Assembly (NCBI RefSeq): GCF_009914755.1 | Contig: NC_060928.1 | Source: the human T2T-CHM13v2.0 reference genome, Homo sapiens | Length of the DNA stretch: 64,000 nucleotides | Strand: one strand, 5' to 3' | Shown: positions 54,598 through 64,000 of the stretch, in pieces | Position numbering within the stretch: the first letter of the stretch is position 1 | Layout of the letters: every line of letters begins with the position of its first letter | Made by a program: the position numbers and the translations under genes | The notes under the pieces: model-generated | What the model was told of the DNA's origin: nothing | Databases searched by the model: none | The model's input: only the letters and a program-made list of their open reading frames with translations

Positions 54598-55631
54598 ATA
54601 TCTTATTAGCCTTTTCAACATTGACCTTTGTCTTTATAGATACAGAAACCAAAGGATTTATTGAGCCCCTGCCATGTGCTAGCCACCATGTTAAGCTTAT
54701 ATGCATTTTATAATTGAACCCTACATACTCCTACAAATTCATAGCCATTGTTTTCATTTTAAGCCTCAGCCCTTGAAAAAAATTACATTCATCAGAATTC
54801 ATCTTAATGAGAGCCCTGCAATATTTTTGGTTTGTTTTCTGGTGATAGGTTGCATTGATAATTCTTTTTGGTGGAGGGTAAGACCTCAAGGACACATTGA
54901 AAAATAAGTGATGGCCATTAACCAGCTATATTTATCACAAAAGGAGACAGTTTTATTACTATTGAGGAGAGGGAAAGAGTAGGAAGTTAGAGAAAGTGAT
55001 GAGAGGCCAGGCACTAAATGGAGATAAGCAGACGAGAAAGTAATAATAAAAATAACCATACAACAAAGTTGTGGTGGAGGGAAAGGCAGGATACACGAAT
55101 ACTAGATAGGAGCTTTTAGTGGAATTCTATGAATGCAAGCCTTTCCCATGGCTCCACAAATCTTCAGGACAGACTGTACAAACCACAGGAAAATCACTGC
55201 AGAGGGCAGATGACTTTTAGCACCTCTGAAAGGCTCTGGTTTTCACATCCAAGTTTACATCCAGATTGATATGAGCTTTGGAGGTTATGGTGAGATGGTG
55301 AAACAGAGAGGACAGGTCACATCAGAGGGGCTGGAAGCCTCCAACTAATGTCTGGGATACTTAAGGAAAATCTGAAGTTCACAGAAATTAAGTGCTCTTG
55401 TCAAACACCTAGAGTTACTTTCAGTGCTGCACCTTGGAGATATAAATAAGGCTCCTGTTCTTGAGGAGCAAACAGATAAGCAAGGGAAACAGGCGCGGAA
55501 ACAAAATAGTTGATAAAACAATGTTATTGGTATAATAATGACTAAACATACGAAGTTGGTGTAATTGATAACATGGGAGAGGAAATGAATAAATGGCTTG
55601 GGGAAGACTTCTCTGAGGAAGGAAGCTCTTT

Positions 55632-56208
55632 TTTATGTTTTTTAAATTATTTATTTATTTTTTATTATACTTTAAGTTCTAGGGTACATGTGCACATCGT
55701 GCAGGTTTGTTACATATGTATACATGTACCATGTTGGTGTGCTGCACCCATTAACTTGTCATTTACATTAGGTATATCTCTTAATGCTATCCCTCGCCCT
55801 CCCCCCACCCCACAACAGACCCTGATGTGTGATGTTCCCCACCCTGTGTCCATGTGTTCTCATTGTTCAATTCCCACCTATGAGTGAGAACATGTGGTGT
55901 TTGGTTTTCTGTCCTTGCAATAGTTTGCTGAGAATGATGGTTTCCAGCTTCATCCATGTCCCTACAAAGGACATGAACTCATCCTTTTTTATGGCTGCAT
56001 AGTATTCTGTGGTGTATATGTTCCACATTTTCTTAATCCAGTCTATCATTGATGGACATTTGGGTTGGTTCCAAGTCTTTGCTATTGTGAATAGTGCCAC
56101 AATAAACATATGTGTGCATGTGTCTTTATAGCAGCATGATTTATAATCCTTTGGGTATATACCCAGTAATGGGATGGCTGGGTCAAATGGTATTTCTAGT
56201 TCTAGATT
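55632..56208 (-). mobile_element. L1PA (PA4/5-like) 5'-truncated insertion
   Basis: Reverse L1PA 3'UTR plus ORF2 C-terminus ('MFIVALFTIAKTWNQPKCPS...IGGN'). TSD ggaaggaagctcttt (55617-55631 / 56209-56223). Confidence 0.95.
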
Positions 56209-56435
56209 GGAAGGAAGCTCTTTACTTGGCCAGGAAGGGGTTTGCTGACTATGACTGGCAGAGGATGCTCTGGATAGAGCCGCCGGTTGTAAATGTCTTG
56301 AAAATCATAATAAGGAGTTTGTCCTTTATTCTATAGCCTATAGGTTTTTAAATTTTTAAAAACAGGACCCCCTTTTTGTCAGATAAACTTTTAAATGGAG
56401 CTCTAGTCTACAAATCAGATGAAAGTGGAGCTTCT

Positions 56436-57451
<1,016 letters not shown>

Positions 57452-59602
57452 TTACTGGGCTGCCGAAGGGTGGAACATAAACGACCTGATTCTTGATTTG
57501 AATTTTGTTCTTTCCATTTCCCCATCCTTTGCTCTTCTTTGTGAGTGTATGCCATCTGTATAGGGATTTACTTTTCACCAACATGATTTGTACCTGCCCA
57601 CTCTCCCTTTAAAAGGCCTAAGCAATTACAGAGAACCTTGGTTATACACAGTTGTTTTCTTCAGCATATACTAGAATAGTGAGCTCTCCAAGTATTCTAC
57701 TGCATACACATATCTTGCGTCAGGGACGGTAGAGAGAAGACTTTGCGTTCCATAGCTGGAGCAGCTCAGTGTGGAGCCAGAGCAGCACTGAGATCATCTG
57801 CAAACCTGAACTCATTCAGCAAAAGCCGCAGTTCGGGGCCTAGTGCTTCTGGAACACTGTAAGCCACTCCTGGAGAGAGTCGCAAGGTTGCAAGACAGGG
57901 CACCCAGCTGGCATGTGGACCACAGTTGTGGGCCAGGTGAAGGTGGTGCAGGTGTGGACCATGCCCAGGGTGAAGGCTCTGGAGAGGAGCAGGGGCAGTT
58001 CAAGAGATGTAGAAGCCAGAATGGGCACCTTCTGGCAGAGGGTGGAGGGGCTGCTCTCTCATAGGTCTCTGGTTTGCAGGAATAGATAAATGGCAGTTGT
58101 GTACATAAGAAGAGTGAATAAACAACAGAGCAGATAAGTTTAGAAGGAAAATTCCATTTGGGACACTGAGTTCTCTGTTAGGAATCATGAGAGGTCTGGA
58201 CTGAGAAATGAGAATCTGGAGATCACAAATAAGTTACCACATCTCCTGAGAGAATTTTGAGATTATACTGTCTACATCCATTCTAACATCCATCTTGCCT
58301 TTTTGAACCTTCAGTTACCTGAAAGGAATATGAGGACAGTATGAACAAAGAAATAAAGGTCAAAGGGAAAGACGTGGTTTCAGTCTAAAGAATTCAGGAG
58401 AGGTCAGGAAGTGAGAAGACATTAGGTCCTCCTTTCCAAGAACAGAGGAAAAGAACATATATGGTTTAAACAGCATCAAAGGAGGAAAAGAGTCCATTCT
58501 CATTCTTTACCTGCCACATCTTGCCCAATTTTTCGAACCCCTAGAGATAAACGCAAAATACCTCTGATTAGGCCAGACTCTGAGATCTCACACATGTTGT
58601 TTCTCAGTTTCCCTTCCCAGGGCCATGACGGAGCCACGAGGGTGGCAAATGAGCAAGAGGCGACCCACGAAGCAGCATAGCCAGCGCTGATGCCTCCTAA
58701 ATCCTCTCTAAATATGAATACGTCAGGATTAGGGTGCTGCACTAACAATTCTCACTCCCCTGTTCTTGTTCTCAAGCCTAATTGTTCCTGTGAGATGCTG
58801 CATGTGCCAACTGAGTGTTGTCTTCCTTTAAATGCCCGATGAACCAGGTTTGCGGGGAGGTATTAAGGGAAAGGTTTTCTTCTTTTGCTTCATTTTTCCA
58901 TTTTTCTTCTGCTTCAGCGCCATCCGCAGCCCTGCCTGCAGAGGCAGCTGTGAGTGAGGAGCTGCATTCTTGCCAGCTCCGTGTGTGGCTGTGGTGGATG
59001 GATGTGGGTCATTATCCTATGGCCAAGAGGCTTTCCTACAAATGTGGAAATGGAGTGTCAGTTTCATCGAAGCATACTCATACCCAGCAAAGAGCAGACT
59101 CAGGAACAGCAGTTAAAAGATGGAGTCTTCCAGAAAATTAATCTTAATAAGTTAAGTACATTAGGAAGCCCCAAGGGTTGGATCTGGTTTACCACAATAT
59201 GTCAGCAGCCTCATTCATTGTACTCTTCCTTCTGATACTAGTATGGAATAAAGTGGAAGGAGGGCAGACAGAAATTATTTTAGCTTCTGAGCACAATACA
59301 CAAAGCAGTGAGATTCACACACTCCCACCCCCAAACATTAAAAGTTCCCTCACATTACTTAGCAATAACTGGCCAAATTAATGGGGTCTAGATCTCAACA
59401 TTATTACTTCCTGAAGGAATCTTTGCATGGAGTTAGTCAGTATTCTTGGCAATATATTATACACACAAGGATTTGAGACAAAATGAGAAAAAGTTAGCTT
59501 TATTATGCAATTTTTTCAACTGGAATCAATTTCCCCAGTCACAAATGGAGAGGCCAGGAACCTGTAGCGTTGCCTTCAAGACTGGGGAGGCAGAGGCAGA
59601 GT

Positions 59603-59693
59603 ATGTGCCTGGTGTGTTTATGTGGGGTGTGTGTGCATGTGTGGTGAGTGTGGTTTGTGTCTGTGGTGTGTATGAATATGTGGAGTGTGTGTG
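59603..59693. repeat. Degenerate (TG)n
   Basis: gtgtgtgtgcatgtgtggtgagtgtgg... Confidence 0.7.
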
Positions 59694-60279
59694 CTGACAG
59701 AAGCTTCCTTTTCTTTTCTATGGAATCACAAAGATAGTGAGCATAACTGTTCCCCATAACACCTTTCTTTCTTGGAGCAAAAGATTGATGAAAGTAAAGA
59801 GGTAGAATTAGGCAAAAGAAATTATTTCTAAAATTATTGAAAAGTAGGGATTATAGCAAATATTTTCTTCTCTTTTGTGCTGTGTCATTGGGACTTCAGC
59901 AAATTGGAGCCAGAGAAAGAAGGATCATAGTGCGGCCACAATAGCAAAGCAATGGATTTTATCTCTCTAGTATGTAATCTTGTTAGGATTCCCCAGGGAG
60001 ATGGGAAGAAAAATAGCAGAAATAAAAAAAGAGCAAAGGGACCTTCAAGTTAGGGGAATAATGTTTGGTAAACAACTCTGTCCTCCACTCTCAGTGTGCA
60101 TTCAACCAAGCACAGTGCATAGAGACAGAGGCAGTATGAGATGTGGGCTGCCTAGACATTTTTAGAAATAAGTAGGTATTTAAATAATAATTGTTAAATT
60201 GATTTACAAAATTGGGAGGTCATATGTCTTTTAGATTTGATTCTATTAGCGACTTAGCCACATTAAAAGTGTTGACACA

Positions 60280-61720
<1,441 letters not shown>

Positions 61721-62029
61721 AAAAGTGTTGACACATGAAGGCATCATTTATGCCCATGCTTGCATTATTTTAGTGCATTTTAACATTAGTATACACTTTT
61801 ATTTTCCCACGTAGTAGCGCAAATGAGATACTACTTCTCTTAATTCAGGAGGCAACTTACAATTCCCATTCAATTTATAGTATTTTTAATCAAAATATTT
61901 TCTCCTAAGAAGTGTGCTCCTGTAATGCTACTTGATGATAACCCAAAAGAATCATAAAAATAAGTTGAGCTTTCCAAGGTAATCTACAAAGCAGAATTGT
62001 AGCACGCCAAAAACTGGGTGCTCCCAGGT

Positions 62030-62220
62030 TCAAGACAGTTTTGAATCTTGGCTCTACCATTTACTTGCCATAAGAACCTAGGGAAATTACTGAATCTCTC
62101 TGTGTTCTTGATTAATCATCAAGGCGGTATTTATACCTCTCCTGCTGGGTGAGAAAGCTCAGTAAATAAACTAAGGGAGATCATCTACAAGTTAGTTCAT
62201 GCTCAATAATGCTAGCAATA
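62030..62220 (+). mobile_element. MIR fragment
   Basis: tttgaatcttggctctaccatttacttgcc...ttactgaatctctctgtg. Confidence 0.6.
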
Positions 62221-63496
62221 TAGTCCAAAATATTCTTTTTGTTGGTGAGAAAAGTGGAGCCCAAAACAAAACATAGCAAAGAGAAGTAGAGGCTGGCCTA
62301 ACTCCCAGTTCTAACCAGACCCTGAAGGAAGGCTTTCACCTAACCATATCACAACCAAGACAAAGTAAAGACAACTTTCTCTTCATGTGAGACCTTCAAT
62401 CAAAGATCAAAATCTTCATGATTACCAACAACCTAAAATACGCTTAGTTTTACATTTCCTAAGAACAGATCACGTGACTTCCTCTCCTTTCAAAGGGACA
62501 TAGCTATTCTTCACACAATTTCCACAAGTTGTGTATTATTAATAATGAAGTAAGAGTCACAGCTCAGGGTATAACTCTTATAATGAGTTGAAGCAGAAAA
62601 GTCCCCAAACAAATGGTGTGGGTAGAGGGACACAGGAGAGGCTGGGTCACTCTCAGGACAGGGTTGTGAAATCCATCTTTTGGGAACGGCAGTTGCCCTG
62701 AGCAAGGGCTCCTCTTTCCACATTTGTAGTCCCCCACTGGAGTTCAAATTAAATTAGGTCTCACTTAAATTGGGTTTTCTCCCATTACATTAGCATTTCC
62801 ACAATCTTGCCAACGTTTGGCAACTTGCTAATTAGTAAGAGGATGACTTTGGACTGGAGAGTTAAATCACATTTGCCTGCTGCTAAATAGGCCTGGGCCT
62901 GGCCTCTCAAGGAGTACTTTCTTGGGTGTTCGTTCAGTTTTTATCCCAGTGGGCGTACCTCAGTTGGCAAATTAAATCCACCACAAGAAATTGACATCAC
63001 AATGACTTTTTCACTAATCTGAAATGCCAAAATGTTTCCATTCCTGGGTATTACTTCAGTATAGGTGAATCAGGAAAACAACAGTTAACAAGTCAGCAGC
63101 TGACTTATACTTACGCTTATACTTATACTGAAGTAATATCCAAGAATGATTTGTCTCTTTGATAAAGAGTAACAGAAACAAGATTCAGAAAATTAATGTA
63201 AGACAAGGATAATTCTTTGTCAAGAATTATGTTCCAGGGTTGCAAAGGGCTGAACCTGAAAATATTTATTTTCCTAAGGCTCTTTCATCTTCCCATTATA
63301 CAGAGCTTCAGGTGTATCCAGATACTGGAATAATAATAATTTGAGCTGGAATAAAGTAGCATAATTTTTGGAAGCTGAAACTGGATAATTTTAGCAGTAT
63401 GTTTGGATTGTTTTCTTCAACTGCATTTTCAGCTTTGCAGTTGCTTTAGGTTTACTTCTAGAAGCATAGATATCCAAGGATCTCACATTTCTTGTT

Positions 63497-63601
63497 ATAT
63501 GTATATATATATATATGTATATACATATAAATGTATAATTTGAGATCATATTTGTGAGAATATACATATATACACACACATATATATGTATATATGTATA
63601 C
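63497..63601. repeat. (TA)n/(CA)n-rich low-complexity tract
   Basis: Direct reading. Confidence 0.8.
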
Positions 63602-63689
63602 AGAGGATCACGAAGAGGATCTCAAGTTAGTCCTAGCAGAATTCTTATTAAATGGATAAACTTAATACTTCTAAATCTGCTTAATCTTT

Positions 63690-64000
63690 AGACATCTGTC
63701 ATGTCACTATAAGATTTAATTGCAATAAAATTTCAATAAATTCCATTTTCATTTTAATTGGCTTGAGAAGTCAGAATTAAGTTTTTCATTAAAATTAATC
63801 AAATCCAAGGGAAGGAAAAACACAGATTTAACTATAAATCCATATGTCTGAAATATTTCTGTAAGTATATATGGACACAGCATAGCCATATAGCCATCAT
63901 CATCCCATCAGGACTTTGTCTTCCTTTTTTTTTTTTTTTTTTTTTTGGTGGTGTGGAGTGGGTGGGTAGGGGGCACTGAGTCTTGCTCACTCTATTTCCC
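63690..64000 (-). other. Possible 3' end/3'UTR of the next minus-strand gene (TNIP3 if the NDNF call is right)
   Basis: Minus-strand ATTAAA hexamers at 63715-63720 and ~63753-63758. Recalled gene order NDNF-TNIP3 with roughly this spacing. Inference only; the hexamer is common in AT-rich DNA. Confidence 0.25.

Overview
This is primate, most likely human, genomic DNA, and no real protein-coding exon is supported. A CpG island at ~3.1-5.5 kb holds a promoter and an AUG-free, minus-strand first exon ending in a perfect AAG|GTAAGT donor at 4291/4290. From memory this exon matches the 5'UTR of NDNF (4q27); I have not verified this by alignment. On that reading, positions 1-4290 are intron 1 and the rest is ~59 kb of upstream intergenic DNA, possibly reaching the 3' end of the neighbouring minus-strand gene TNIP3 in the last ~300 bp (low confidence). 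The intergenic part is a mosaic of L1, L2, MIR, Alu, ERVL/MaLR solo LTRs, hAT/Tigger DNA transposons and microsatellites. Repeat subfamily names come from recalled consensus sequences, and boundaries without TSDs are approximate. The longer ORFs are L1 remnants, Alu or microsatellite frames, or GC-rich chance ORFs. I found no new gene system. The most interesting signals are mechanistic footprints: two retroelement insertions whose junctions fall at the position homologous to their own target (L1 in L1, Alu in Alu), a local inverted duplication that includes unique flank, a perfect 20-bp hairpin, a tandem MST LTR under one TSD, and a ~430-bp purine tract.
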